The translations under genes were made by a program, and so were the position numbers. The notes under the pieces are model-generated. The model worked only from the letters and a program-made list of their open reading frames with translations, searched no databases and was not told the origin of the DNA. From the NCBI RefSeq assembly GCF_006345805.1, contig NC_043017.1, positions 28,086,001-28,150,000 on the forward strand: a stretch of DNA of 64,000 nt. Reading direction: 5' to 3'. The DNA is from Octopus sinensis. Its lineage: Eukaryota. This document shows, one piece after another, positions 23,394 through 37,657 of this stretch; position 1 is the first letter of the stretch, and the number at the start of each line of letters is the position of its first letter.

Positions 23394-23565
23394 AGGGGCT
23401 GGAGTGGCTGTGTGGTAAGTAGCTTGCTAACCAACCACATGGTTCCGAGTTCAGTCCCACTGCGTGGCATCTTGGGCTAGTGTCTTCTGCTATAGCCCCG
23501 GGCCGAACAATGCCTTGTGAGTGGATTTGGTAGACGGAAACTGAAAGAAGCCTGTCGTATATATG

Positions 23566-23604
<39 letters not shown>

Positions 23605-23815
23605 TTGTGTGTCTGTGTTTGTCCCCTAGCATTGCCTGACAACCGATGCTGGTATGTTTACGTCCCCGTTACTTAGCGGTTCGGCGAAAGAGACCGATAG
23701 AATAAGTACTGGGCTTACAAAAGAATAAGTCCCTGGGTCGAGTTGCTCGATTAAAAAGGCGGTGCTCCAGCATGGCCGCAGTCAAATGACTGAAACAAGT
23801 AAAAGATAGTAAAGA
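23394..23815 (+). mobile_element. SINE family A
   Basis: Full family A head, internal (TA)/(TG) tract, and tail ending GGCGGTGCTCCAGCATGGCCGCAGTCAAATGACTGAAACAAGTAAAAGA. Confidence 0.9.
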
Positions 23816-24004
23816 ATAATATACATTACGGAACGTGTAAATAGATGTATCAGTAGGCGTGTATAATGGAAGCTTTACACAGGTACTGAGGGAAAATACG
23901 TTCCCAAACACATGTTCAACTGCGCAGTTGATATTGTTGAAAGACTGACGAAGAAGACCCGATATAGGTTAGAAAATGATTCTTTCTTCATTGACATGAA
24001 ATCT

Positions 24005-24541
24005 AGAAATATATATATATATATATAAATACATACATATATGTATGAGTGTGTGCGTGACTAGATACACACACACACACACACACACATACACACACAC
24101 ACACATATATATATATTCGTATATATATATATATATATAATATTATATATATAACATGTATATGTATATATATATAAACATGTATATGTATATATATATA
24201 TAAACATGTATATGTATATATATATATAAACATGTATATGTATATATATATATAAACATGTATATGTATATATATATATAAACATGTATATGTATATATA
24301 ATATATAAACATATATATAGTACGTATATATTATATTATATAAACAGTATATAGTATATATATATATAAACATGTATATGTATATATATATATAAACATG
24401 TATATATATTATATATATAAACATGTATATGTATATATATATATAAACATGTATAGTATATATATATATAAACATGTATATGTATATATATATAAACATG
24501 TAATGTATATTATATATATTATATATATATATATATATATA

Positions 24542-24595
<54 letters not shown>

Positions 24596-24746
24596 ATTAT
24601 ATATTAAACATGTTATATATATATATATAAACATGTATATGCTAATATATATATATAAAATGTATATGTATATATATATATAACATGTTATGGTATATAT
24701 ATATATAACATGTATTGTATACTAATAGATATATATATATATATAT

Positions 24747-24811
<65 letters not shown>

Positions 24812-24936
24812 AACATGTATATATATATATATATAAACCGTATATTATAATATATATATAAAATGTATATGTATATATATATATATACACATGTATATGT
24901 ATATATTATATATAAACATGTATAGTATATTATATC

Positions 24937-24968
<32 letters not shown>

Positions 24969-25070
24969 TACACTTACGTACAGCTAAAGAGTGATAGATA
25001 AATTAATAGATGGATAGATAGACAGGCAGACACACAGATAGATAGATACATAGATAGATATATAGATAGA
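24005..25070. repeat. Compound TA-rich satellite with an AAACATGTATATGTATA(TA)n unit
   Basis: Recurring aaacatgtatatgtatatatatatat units of about 26 bp, grading into pure (TA)n and then (GATA)n. Confidence 0.9.
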
Positions 25071-26235
25071 GATTCTAGAAGCTCATACGTAATTAACCAT
25101 ACCGAATCCAGTTCATAGAATCCTGGAACGGGGACCAGAAGCATATATTCATTAAAAATATTATCTGTGTAAAAGAAATCGTGATGTACTTCAATTTAAG
25201 CAGCATACGTTACCAAGAACCCCGCGATTCGACAACTATTAATTCCGTGTATAATATAAAAAAAATGTCTTGCCAACTCATTACTCTTCTTAATGAACTA
25301 TCTTTTATGTATAATATCGTTAATGTAATTTTTATGTATTTTCATTCATTTCATTTATTCGGATTGCAGTTAATGTGGTGTCGCTTATATCCGTTTACAA
25401 CTGTTTCCATGTTCTATTTCTTACTTTTGGGGTTTTTGTATATATATGTGTGTAAGTGTATCTATTCGAATGCATGTCATTTGAGTCTGTCTTTGAATTC
25501 ATTTGCTCATTTATTTTTTTGTTTTTTGATGTCCTTGTTATCACTAACTTTTTTCGTGAATGATTTTGTTCTTACAATCCCAGATTTCTTCAGCATAGTA
25601 TTAAGTCATCTTTGAGTTCGTGACTCTTTGGCTTACTCATCAATCTATACGGAAGGCATCTCAGTGGCGAAAAACGTCATGCAGTTTGTTGAACATGTTA
25701 ATTCTTCAATTCGCAGATTGCAAAAGTTAACTTGAATTAATTCTTTCATACACACCCCTTTTTTTCTTTCTTCCGTGGTTTTCTTTCCTTCTTCTGTTCT
25801 GTTCTGTCTTTCTTTCTTTTTTCTTTCTTTCTTTCATCCCTCTCTTCTTTATTTCCTTCTGTCCCTCTTCCCCCCCCCCACTGTTCGCACAGTATTCAAA
25901 ACGATCTTGAGCATGATTTTTCACCGTGGAAGTTCCATTTAGAAAAGTGAACAAATTTATATATATATATATATATGTACATACACACACACAAACATAC
26001 GCACTAATTTATATGCCTATGCACATATAGAATATTAATTACAAATATATATATATACGTATATCTACATATATATATATGTGTGTATGCATTTATATAT
26101 ATGTGTATGTAAATATATGCACATACGTATTTATGTATATGTATGTACGTAAACATACACACACTTATATATATGATTGATTGATTGATTGATTCTAATT
26201 TCAGTTCACGAGCTGTGGCCATGCTGGGGCACCGC

Positions 26236-26307
<72 letters not shown>

Positions 26308-26650
26308 CATATATACATACACACACATATATGTGTGAGTGTTTCTTTTCCATGTATTTGTTATTCAAATTTTTCGCAAGAGTATTCTTGTAACCCATTA
26401 ATTAATTTTTTAACACATTCATTAATTAGCGCTACACGAATCATTTGCAAAAATCTGATAGTTTTGTTTTTGATATCGTAGGTGGTCGAACGGAACATTT
26501 AAGAGGAAACAAAAGCTGCCAGTCGATACAATGCAACCTACAACGAGAATTTTTTCTTGTTTTCCCTGCTATATGTGAGTGTGTGTGTCTGAGGATGTTT
26601 GAGTCTTTTGTTCTTTTTTTTGTTGCTGTAAATGTTAGCTTAATAAATGT

Positions 26651-27011
26651 GGAAGCACTCCGTCTTGATCCGAATCAACGGAACAGCCTGCTCGTGAAAT
26701 TAACGTGTAAGTGGCTGAGCACTCACAGACACGTGCACCCTTAACGTAGTTCTCGGGGATATTCAGCGTGACAAAGAGAGTGACAAGGCCGGCCCCTTTG
26801 AAATACAGGTACAACAGAAACAGGAAGTAAGAGTGAGAGAAAGTTGTGGTGAAAGAGTACAGCAGGGATCACCACCATCCCCTGCCGGAGCCTCGTGGAG
26901 CTTTTAGGTGTTTCGCTCAATAAACACTCACAAACGCCCGGTCTGGGAATCGAAACCGCGATCCTATGACCGCGAGTCCGCTGCCCTAACCACTGGGCCA
27001 TTGCGACTCCA
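26651..27011 (-). mobile_element. SINE family C (tail type i)
   Basis: Family C head joined to the tail AACGGAACAGCCTGCTCGTGAAATTAACGTGTAAGTGGCTGAGCACTC (+ strand). Near-identical to 50123-50497. Confidence 0.88.
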
Positions 27012-28169
27012 CTAAGCCTAATAAATACTAGGAGAGTGTAACGTTGAGATATAAATGTTAAGCAAAATAAGGTGACACCCGAAACAATTGACAGGAAATT
27101 TCGTTGGAGTATCTTTCAAATTTGTTTGGACCAAGAAACCAATGTTTACGTTTGCATATAATTACGTACATTATTTGTGGCTCTGTTGATCATCTCATAT
27201 TGGATTTTTTCTTGGTAGATAAATTTTGAAGAAACACCTTAGAAATTGGGCCAAATGGAAAATTTATAAAATAAGATTACTTGTGTACAAAGTGACGTGC
27301 TATATATGTAAGTCCGAATACAGAGCGGGCTAACAGGAGGGGCAAAGCAAATTAAGGGGAATTTCTACTAATCATGACAATATTTGGTCGATAATACCTG
27401 CCCAAATCTATTAACTAAATTCGGATTTCCTGAATTGGTAGGTAAACTTTCCAGCAGCTCTTAAGTGAAGAACATTGGTGTGGAATTTTGTGTGGAATTT
27501 CTTCCATTGCTGAATGACAGCATATCGCATCGAAACTTTATTCTTCTCTTCCTAAGATACAATAATGACAAGTGAGCGATGTCAATTCTTGTTTGTCTTT
27601 AAGGTAAAACAATCTAATGGAGCCGAAAACCCTACTGCCAACTGGAAAATACAGTTGATGCTGTAGTTTTTTGATACAATATGTCTGTGTTAAAATCCCA
27701 CTCAATCAACAAAATACACCGGCAAATACTAAGAACAAATCCCAGCAATTTTATTAAGTGCATTTTAATTGTCTTATTATATTACACCTCACCACACATG
27801 GACACACATGCAGAACGTGAGGGAGGGAGAGAGAGAAAGAAAGCTATAGTGAACTTTGATTGTCACTAATGGATATGATGCGATTGGTGACGATATGACA
27901 GTATAAAAAAAGTTGCACTATCTGTATTTCATCAAATAAGTGTTTCATTTGCCGAGTATATTGGCTTCAAAACCAGTCTCAATAATATCAAATAAGATCA
28001 TCACGAACGAAGATTAAATGACTATCATTTCATAACCGATGTTTGACTTGTATGGGTCTCGATAAATATTTGGGGATTACATACACAACCAAAGCATACA
28101 CGCACAGGGAGCGAGAAAGATAGACATACAAACACATACACACACACTCACGTACACACAAATGTAGAT

Positions 28170-28690
28170 GGATAGTTTGATTGATTGATTGATTGAGTGA
28201 TGGATAGATAGATTGATGGATCTAGAGATTGAGCGATTAATTGAGAGAGGGATAGATTGATGGATTGATTGAGAGATAGATAGATAGATTGATGGATTGA
28301 TTGAGAGATAGATAGATAGATTGATGGATTGATTGATGGATAGATGGAGGGATGGATAGATAGATAGATTGATGGATTAAGAGATTGAGGGATTAATTGA
28401 GAGATAGATTGATGGGTTGATTGAGAGATAAATAGATTGATGGATTGATGGAGGGATGGATAGATAGATTGATGGATTAAAAGATTGAGGGATTAATTGA
28501 GAGATAGATTGATGGGTTGATTGAGAGAGAAATAGATTGATGGATTTATTGAGAGATTGATGGATTGATTGAGAGATAGATATATAGATTGATGGATTGA
28601 TTGAGAGATTGATGGATTGATTGAGAGATAGATGGATTGATTGAGAGATAGATAGATTGAGGGATTGATTGAGAGATAGATAGATTGATG

Positions 28691-28733
<43 letters not shown>

Positions 28734-28750
28734 TGATTGAGAGATAGAAA
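28170..28750. repeat. Compound (GATA)/(GATT)/(GGAT) satellite with an internal duplication of about 100 bp
   Basis: ggattaa(g/a)agattgagggattaattgagaga occurs at about 28374 and 28474. Confidence 0.85.
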
Positions 28751-29288
28751 GATACATAGACGTACACGCAGGTATAAGCTTTTGTGCAAGTCTGTGTATC
28801 CGTGTGCGCATGATAGGATGCCTGCGTTTTCTACACAATATAAAACGGTGAAACAAATTCCACACGTTTGTTTTCCGTTGTTATGTTTAAAGATCAGCTT
28901 TGCTACTTAGACGGCATTTTGTTTTCGGAAGACAACACACACGAGAAGCATTAGACCCAATCTTAATTTCCAAGTTTAGACTTGAGAAGTTTTCTTAATA
29001 TCTACTCAACAGGTCGTGTTTTCCGTAGGCGCTGATACAAGCAGTCATTATAATGCGTCGAAAGTATATCAAAATATATTAGATTTACAGAGCATACCTA
29101 GTGTATATTCAACCAACAAATACAACCTTTCGTGTCTCGAGAGGGAAAATTTGTCAACATTCAGTTACACTATATACGGGAATTGCACTTTAATTAAGTT
29201 ATGAATATTTGGAGGAAATACTACATTTCACATAGAGCTCAATAAATAATTGAAACGCCTTCAGGTATAGGACCAAAGTTTGGTCAAT

Positions 29289-29448
29289 AGGAGTGGCTGT
29301 GTGGTAAGTAGCTTGCTTACCAACCACATGGTTCCGGGTTCAGTCCCACGGCGTGGCATCTTGGGCAAGTGTCTTCTGCTATAGCCCCGGGCCGACCAAT
29401 GCCTTGTGAGTGGATTTGGTAGACGGAAACTGAAAGAAGCCTGTCGTA

Positions 29449-29506
<58 letters not shown>

Positions 29507-29712
29507 CGTTTGTGTGTCTGTGTTTGTCCCCCTAGCATTGCCTGACAACCGATGCTAGTGTGTTTACGTCCCCGTCACTTAGCGGTTCGGCAAAAGAGAC
29601 CGATAGAATAAGTACTGGGCTTACAACGAATAAGTCCCGGGGTCGATTTGCTCGACTAAAGGCGGTGCTCCAGCATGGCCGCAGTCAAATGACTGAAACA
29701 AATAAAAAAAAG
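29289..29712 (+). mobile_element. SINE family A
   Basis: Near-consensus family A copy. Confidence 0.9.
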
Positions 29713-31449
29713 AAAGAAAGAATATGTGTCTGTATTAACAGTTATCGTCATGCTAATGTGGCAGTCCAGAAATATAGGACGAATGCTGCCGTTGATTAGC
29801 TCCAAGAGGCCATCGACTCTAGCTAGCTATGTGACACACGAATCTGTGTCCATTATAACCGTCGAAAATAACATGTCTCCCGTTAAGTCCATATATATGC
29901 ATGTTTGTTGGTGTGCAAGTGTGTATATATGATTACACTCACACACGGACACACCCTCTCTCTCTGACACACACACATATGTATAATTATTTTCGTTCAT
30001 GCACCTTGACATATTCTCAGTCTCACAATATTTTTGAACTATAATTGTATGCACGTATGTATACATCCATGCATTTAGGAATGCATGCTTGTATGTAACT
30101 TATACATGTAGTATGTATGTATGTATGTATATATGTATGTATGCATGCATGCACGTATGTATATATGTATGTAGGTAGGTAGATAGGTAGGTAGGTATGT
30201 ATGTATTAAGATCATTCCATATACATCATTATTTTCAGAACCCTTACATAGTAAAAATTCATAAGACAAGAAGTAGTTTCAATATGACGTGGTAAAAAAA
30301 AAATCGTCATCTTATGTGTTTAGACTTACATTTGACTTATGCCTAAATTAGAACATGGTCATAGCTGAATGGCGTAAGATTGATTATTCCCAACCTATTC
30401 TCGAAGAATATTGAACGGAAATAATGTATAAGCAAATGGGACGTCAATAATACTTAAGAAGTATTACTAAAGGGTGAGATAACGTTTTATAGATTTACTA
30501 AGAGACTGTTTATGAGAGATAAGTGTAGATTTTAATGATATAACTTAGAAAGACGGTAATTATGAGGGAGATGATTAAAATTGTTGGCATTATTAAAATG
30601 GATAATTAAGCAATTATTTAATGCAACGTGTAAATTCGCGTATATCAGTCAGGTCACATCATATTAGAAATAATTAGAAGAGATTAAGGTCAGCGGATGG
30701 GATTTTAGTTTGTATGATACAGATATGAGGTTAAAGATTTGGAATTAAATATTAGTTTGTGCACTTTTGCAGCCTCCAGGCCTTCAAGATATAAATGTTA
30801 GAAATGCCAAAAGCTCGGTATATTGGAAGTAATTGCAGCTTTATAAAGGTGACGCGTTAATTGAATTTCGCATTAAAGGTTTAAAAGTTTGTGCATTCAG
30901 TGCTGAAAGGTTGGGATACAAATGTCCTTCAGAATGAAAACCAAACAAGTCGGTTGTTTAGATAAATAAACCTATTGTTCACGGCCGAAATTTCACATAT
31001 AGGGGTTATGGGTTCAACTTTATAGTTAAAGGAGTATAATCGCCATCAATCTTTCTCCGTGCCATCTCTATTACCGAATATTCTGTCGGAAGAGTATGAT
31101 CTTTCTTGTAATTTGAATGTAGCTAATCCAGCTAGAAGAATGTGTATCGTCAAAGATAAGTAAACGCAGAACCGTATAACATATAATAGTTAATTTTAGA
31201 CGAGACTGTTTCCTTGTTGTTCAGTTAATCTTTCACGTAGCCCAAGCGACATATTTTGATTCATCACCTCAACCACTTACCACAGCAGCAATGCTACAAG
31301 ACGCGAGCGACATTATTTCATTACAATGCAGGAATCAAACCTGCAATGTAAGCAGATCAGCGAGTTGCTTTGCTCAACATTGATCCACAGATTTCTGTAC
31401 CTGCATTACATACACTACTATAGACTTAAATTATATATGTATGTATGTG

Positions 31450-31483
<34 letters not shown>

Positions 31484-31554
31484 TGGTTGTATACTGTCAA
31501 CATAACATACAACCACTCTATCGCTCCACCACCGCTCATGTCTCTCTGAGACAT

Positions 31555-31960
31555 TTGGCTGTGTGGTAAGTAGCTTGCTTACGAACCACATGGTTCCGGT
31601 TTCAGTCCCACTGCGTGGCACCTTGGGAAAATGTTTTCTACCATAGCCTGGGGCGGACCAAAGCCTTGTGAGTGGATTTGGTAGACGGAAACTGAAAGAA
31701 GCCCGTCGTATATATGTATGTATATATATGTATGTGCATGTATGTTTGTGTGTCTGTGTTTGTCCCCCTAGAATTGCTTGACAACCGATGCTGGTGTATT
31801 TATGTCCCCGTCACTTAGCGGTTCGGCAAAAGAGACCGATAGAATAAGTACTGGGCTTACAAAGAATAAGTCCTGGGGTCGAGTTGTTCGACTAAAGGCG
31901 GTGCTCCAGCATGGCCGCAATCAAATGACTGAAACAAGTAAAAGAGAATAAGAGAGAGTA
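31555..31960 (+). mobile_element. SINE family A
   Basis: Family A body and a GAGTAA/GAGA-type tail abutting the LINE fragment that follows. Confidence 0.88.
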
Positions 31961-32240
31961 AGTCTGACCACTGGTGGTGGTGTTACACACCATAATAATC
32001 ATATCTGTCAGGCATGTGGAAGAGAGTGTAGTTCGGCAGGAGGACTTAAACGACATGCAAAGGTACATGAAGCCCAGTTACAACCACAGCCGGCTATTGC
32101 CGGTAAAGGTTTTAGCTGCCAATTCTGTACAAGACATTGTAGATCTTTAGCTGAGCTAAAAAGTCACATTCGATCACAGCACCAATAACAGTTAAGCTTC
32201 GTGCAATGGCCATACTCGATAACGAGGGGGCAACCATCAT
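31961..32240 (+). mobile_element. Probable LINE (RTE-type) 3' fragment encoding two C2H2 zinc fingers
   Basis: 31970-32188 reads TGGGVTHHNNHICQACGRECSSAGGLKRHAKVHEAQLQPQPAIAGKGFSCQFCTRHCRSLAELKSHIRSQHQ*. A short 3' UTR with hairpin potential (CATACTCGATAACGAGGGG) and a CATCAT/TATG tail follow. There is no acceptor or start codon, and no TGEKP linker. Confidence 0.65.
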
Positions 32241-32789
32241 GTATGTATGTATGTGTGTTTATTATGTGTGCTATAACTAAATTACATACAAGCAGATATC
32301 AAACGGCAGTGTGCGATATCATTTTAACAGAAACGCTAACAGACTTCTAATCGATGATCTCGTATCGGAAATCAACTAACACATTACGATCATTGATCGG
32401 CCAGGTCATCGTCCGAGGGAGCGGTGGCAATAAACAGTGTTGAAAACAAAAGCGAAAAGGTCAGCTCGGAATGATATTTAGTCACTATAACAATGCCAGT
32501 CGGCTGTAAAACTTTACATTTAAATAGCGAGGAAGACTCACTTACTCTACATTGCTATACGTAATCGTGTGTGTGTAGATGTTTCTTGCATTGTTATATT
32601 AAGAAGTTCGTTTATGTCGCTTGTTCCTGTCGGAAAGGCGTTCTTAAGTATAATGTGCTCTACTATGTACAGTAAATATAGCGATATATATATATACACA
32701 GTTATATAAGTGTTTGAAAGTGGGTCTTTGTGTGTGAATAAACATACATACACGTACACGAGCACACACAAACATATATTTAAAGTGAG

Positions 32790-32848
32790 ATATAGAAAGA
32801 CATAGTTTATACATACATTCATACATAGATATAAATGTGAGTGAATAT

Positions 32849-32900
<52 letters not shown>

Positions 32901-33140
32901 CAATATGTATACATGTGTGTGGGTGCATGCGTGTGTGCGCACATATGTGCATAAGTGTATATATGTACGCACACCTATGAAAACATGTATATATACAAAT
33001 ACACATACATGTACATGTATGTACATAGTACATATACACACGTATATTGATGAATGAATATATATGTGTGTGTGTATATATATATACTGTAATATATATA
33101 TATATATATATATATGTGTACATGTATATATGTGTACATG

Positions 33141-33172
<32 letters not shown>

Positions 33173-33623
33173 TATATGTATGTATATATATATGTATGTA
33201 ATATGTATGTATATTATATATGTATGTATATATTGTATGTATATATGTATGTATGTATATATGTATGTATATGTATAGATATGTATTAGTATATATATGT
33301 ATATATATAATGTATGTATATATGTATATATATGTATATATATATGTATATATATATGTATGTATATATGTTATATATATATATGTATATATTATATGTA
33401 TATATATATGTATATATATATGTAATATTATATATGTATAATATATATGTAGTGTATATATGTATATAATATGTATATGTATATATGTATATATATTATG
33501 TATATTATATATGTTATATATATATATGTATATATATGTATGTAATATATATGTATGTATATATATATGTATGTATATATATATATGTATGTATATATAT
33601 ATGTATGTATATATATATGTATG

Positions 33624-33663
<40 letters not shown>

Positions 33664-33854
33664 TATGTATGTATATATGTATGTATATAGTATATATATA
33701 TATATGTATGTATATCGTAATATATCTATATATGTATGTATATAGTAATATTATATATGTATGTATATATGTATAATATAGATATATGTATGTATATATG
33801 TATATATTATATGTATGTATATATGTATATATATATATATGTATGTATATATGT

Positions 33855-33895
<41 letters not shown>

Positions 33896-34631
33896 TGTAT
33901 GTATATATATATGTATGTATATATGTTCATATATATATATATGTATGCACATATAAATATACACACAGGCACACATGGACAGGATTATATTGGTTTGTGT
34001 GTATATATATGTTCGAATGACTGTGTCCATGTAACAAGTTAATCTGATTTTGGGAAGTTATTTGTCTGTAACAACAAATGAACGTCACAGACAACAATTT
34101 AACTTCTTAGCATAACCACATTCATAAAATAGAATACTTGACTTAGCAACAATGGCTATATTTAACTGTATACTCTTCTACTGATAAAAACCCAGACTCT
34201 GATGAGGAGTGGGTACACGTGATTAATTTAGTACGAACAAGGAATAAATTATCAGCTAGATTCAGTGATGTGGTCGGTCAAATGCTATAAAGATCAACCT
34301 GAAAATAGAGACTACGCATATGTGTGTATGTGTGTGTATAGATACATGTATATATACATATATCTATATATTTATATACACACACATATATATATATACA
34401 CACACACACACATATATATACATATATATATATGCACACACACATATATATACATATATATATGCACACACATATTTATATATACATATATATATATATA
34501 TGCGCACACATACTCATATATACATATATATATATATATGACACACATACTCATTATACATTTATATATATATCACACACATTTATATATGTATATTATA
34601 TATATATATATATATATGCACACACATTTAT

Positions 34632-34671
<40 letters not shown>

Positions 34672-34800
34672 CATTTATATATATAATATATAATATATGC
34701 ACACACATTTATATATATATATATATATATGCACACACATTTATATATATATATATAAATGCACACCATTTATATATATATATATATAATATGCACACAC

Positions 34801-34838
<38 letters not shown>

Positions 34839-34856
34839 ATAATGCACACACATTTT

Positions 34857-34888
<32 letters not shown>

Positions 34889-34902
34889 ATATGCACACAC
34901 TT

Positions 34903-34938
<36 letters not shown>

Positions 34939-34948
34939 ATGCACACAC

Positions 34949-34993
<45 letters not shown>

Positions 34994-35077
34994 CATTTAT
35001 ATATATAATATTATATATATAATATATGCACACACATTTATATATAATATATATATATATATATATATGCACACACA

Positions 35078-35117
<40 letters not shown>

Positions 35118-35335
35118 CATATTTATATATATATATAATATATATATAATATATGCACACACATATTTATATATATATATATACATACATATGTACACAT
35201 ATACATCTGTATATATATATATATATATATGCACACACATATTTATATATATATATATACATACATGTACACATATACATCTGTTAATATATATTATATA
35301 TATACATACATATGTACATATATACATCTGTGTAT

Positions 35336-35386
<51 letters not shown>

Positions 35387-35660
35387 CATATACATATATA
35401 CATCTGATATAATATATATATATGCAGACACTCACACGCACATAAATATATAGATTGGGTGAAAGCTGTATTTATATATATGTGTGTGTGTATATATCTA
35501 TCTATCTGTGTGTGTGTTGTATGGGTACGTGTGTACGTATGTCTATAAGTATGCATATGTACAAGTGTGCATATATATTATATATATATATATATATATT
35601 ATATTATATATATATATATACACATGTAACTTATGTACATGCATATATGCACACATACAC
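32790..35660. repeat. Two long compound TA/TG/CA satellites (about 32790-34015 and 34315-35660)
   Basis: The first is (TATATATG)n-like. The second is built from ATGCACACACATTT(AT)n units. Confidence 0.9.
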
Positions 35661-37612
35661 GGACACAGTCAATTAGGCCGACAGACGTTTTTCCGAAATG
35701 TCACTCCAATTTATACAAGGATTCGAATTTAGGAATTATATTCCAGAATAAATCACAAAAGAGTTAATTGTCTTGACGTAACCTTAACCTCAGATAATTG
35801 TAAATACATTCTACCCTCCCATAGAACATCGAACGAAATTAATTCCACGTTATATCCAGGACAATTCAACCCATCCTCTTCGTATCTTAAAATATCTAAC
35901 CCCAAAATATTCTCACTTAAGCCATCATCACGTTGAAAGAAACTTATTCACTTGAGTATTAAGATAAAGTTCATCATCCATTATCGGAACCGTAGTTCAC
36001 ATTTTATTTAGATAACGGTTATATACCAATCCATTATTTAAAGTTCGCAAACCACGTTAACTAACACTTGCAGCATCCTAAATATTGAAATGTCTCTGAA
36101 TTTGATATAATGATAACATTTAAAGCGACTGTTTGCACAATGTGAAGAGAAAAATGTTTATCTCTCCATATACCAAAGAGTGTGTCCCTCCATGCAACCT
36201 TATATTTCACGTCGCATATACCTTACTTGGTATGTACCGTAAAATATAGTAGCTTTGACGCTTTTACTGTAAACGTGCTTATATCAAAACGCTTTATAGG
36301 ATTAAGTGCACACCCGTTCAAGTGTTGGTATAACCATCACACATACACCTTATGATATGCACCCAGAGACACAAGCATCGGCTGGAAAATTCTTGAAATG
36401 GGTCTCAATGTATGCATTGTGAAACTTAGCACCAATGAGATCTTCTGCTTTTAGTTATAACCATAATTATAATGTTATAAAGATTTATACAATGAGAACA
36501 AAATTCTGAACTTCTATCATTGGACATATTTTTGACCGTTGCTCACAAGCCTAAATTTGTATTAAATAACAGCCAATTTATTTTAATGCAGTGAATGTCT
36601 TTAAAAAGTATTGACGCTGATCATAGTGCCCTTCGGCCCAGAATGCTTAACACTACACCTATCATTCAAATATATCTGTGTGAGTGCAATATACACTATT
36701 CTGCCATTTTCTCGTCACACCAGACAACACATCCACACCCCTCCTGTTTCACTTCTTTCCTTTTATGAACTCCCACCCCAACAAGTTGCATTTTACCACC
36801 TCGGTAAAAAAGGAATAACAAACTATATTTTGTGTATGGGATTAGTGCACCTAATCAAATAATATAAATGAAATATAATTTCACGAAGTACACTACATGC
36901 AACTAATCAAAATTCTTATTTATTTTCAAATATTTTTATAACTATATGAAATTTCTGCATCAAATCATTGCAGCCGGAATAGAACAAATGACTTTTGATC
37001 AACCTAGATCAAAATGACTATTCTCAATAATTTGTATGCACAAATGAACAATTAAAGATTTTGGAAACTTATCAGCCGCAGTGCCGCACAGTTTACAAAT
37101 GATGTTCCTTTTATACAACCACGTTTTAAATGAAACCAGTTAATATTTTGCAATTTTGATTTTAATTAGAATGTACTTTGAATGTATATATGGCATTATA
37201 TCAAAGCAAGAGTGAAACATGTTTGATTCCAGTCTTTAGTTAATAGGCTCATACTCTGCAATTAATCTCCCTCACTCTCTCTCTGTATAATATATATATA
37301 TATATATATATAGTTCAATTTTCAGGAAGTAATCGATATGGAGGTATTCTATTTCAGATAATACAAAAATTAACCTAATGAGTATATTTGACAGTAAACT
37401 CATGGTATCAGTTTGCACATCACGAAATAATACTTAAAATATATAACCAAAATTTCCAGCAGGGTATATAATATACTTCGTTAATTTTATTCCACTGTAG
37501 TTAATACTTATATATATTAAATATGAAGAAACCATACGTGTTTCAGTATTGGAAGATTACAATATCTATACATATACACAACTGTATACCTATATACCTA
37601 ATATAATATATA

Positions 37613-37657
<45 letters not shown>

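Noticed and set aside
1535-34230. Other CTGA(T/C)GA motifs at about 1535, 18288, 23945 and 34199 as hammerheads
   Set aside because: There is no convincing stem II, GAAA and stem I combination. The 23945 site has only a weak 4-bp stem and no clear cleavage triplet.
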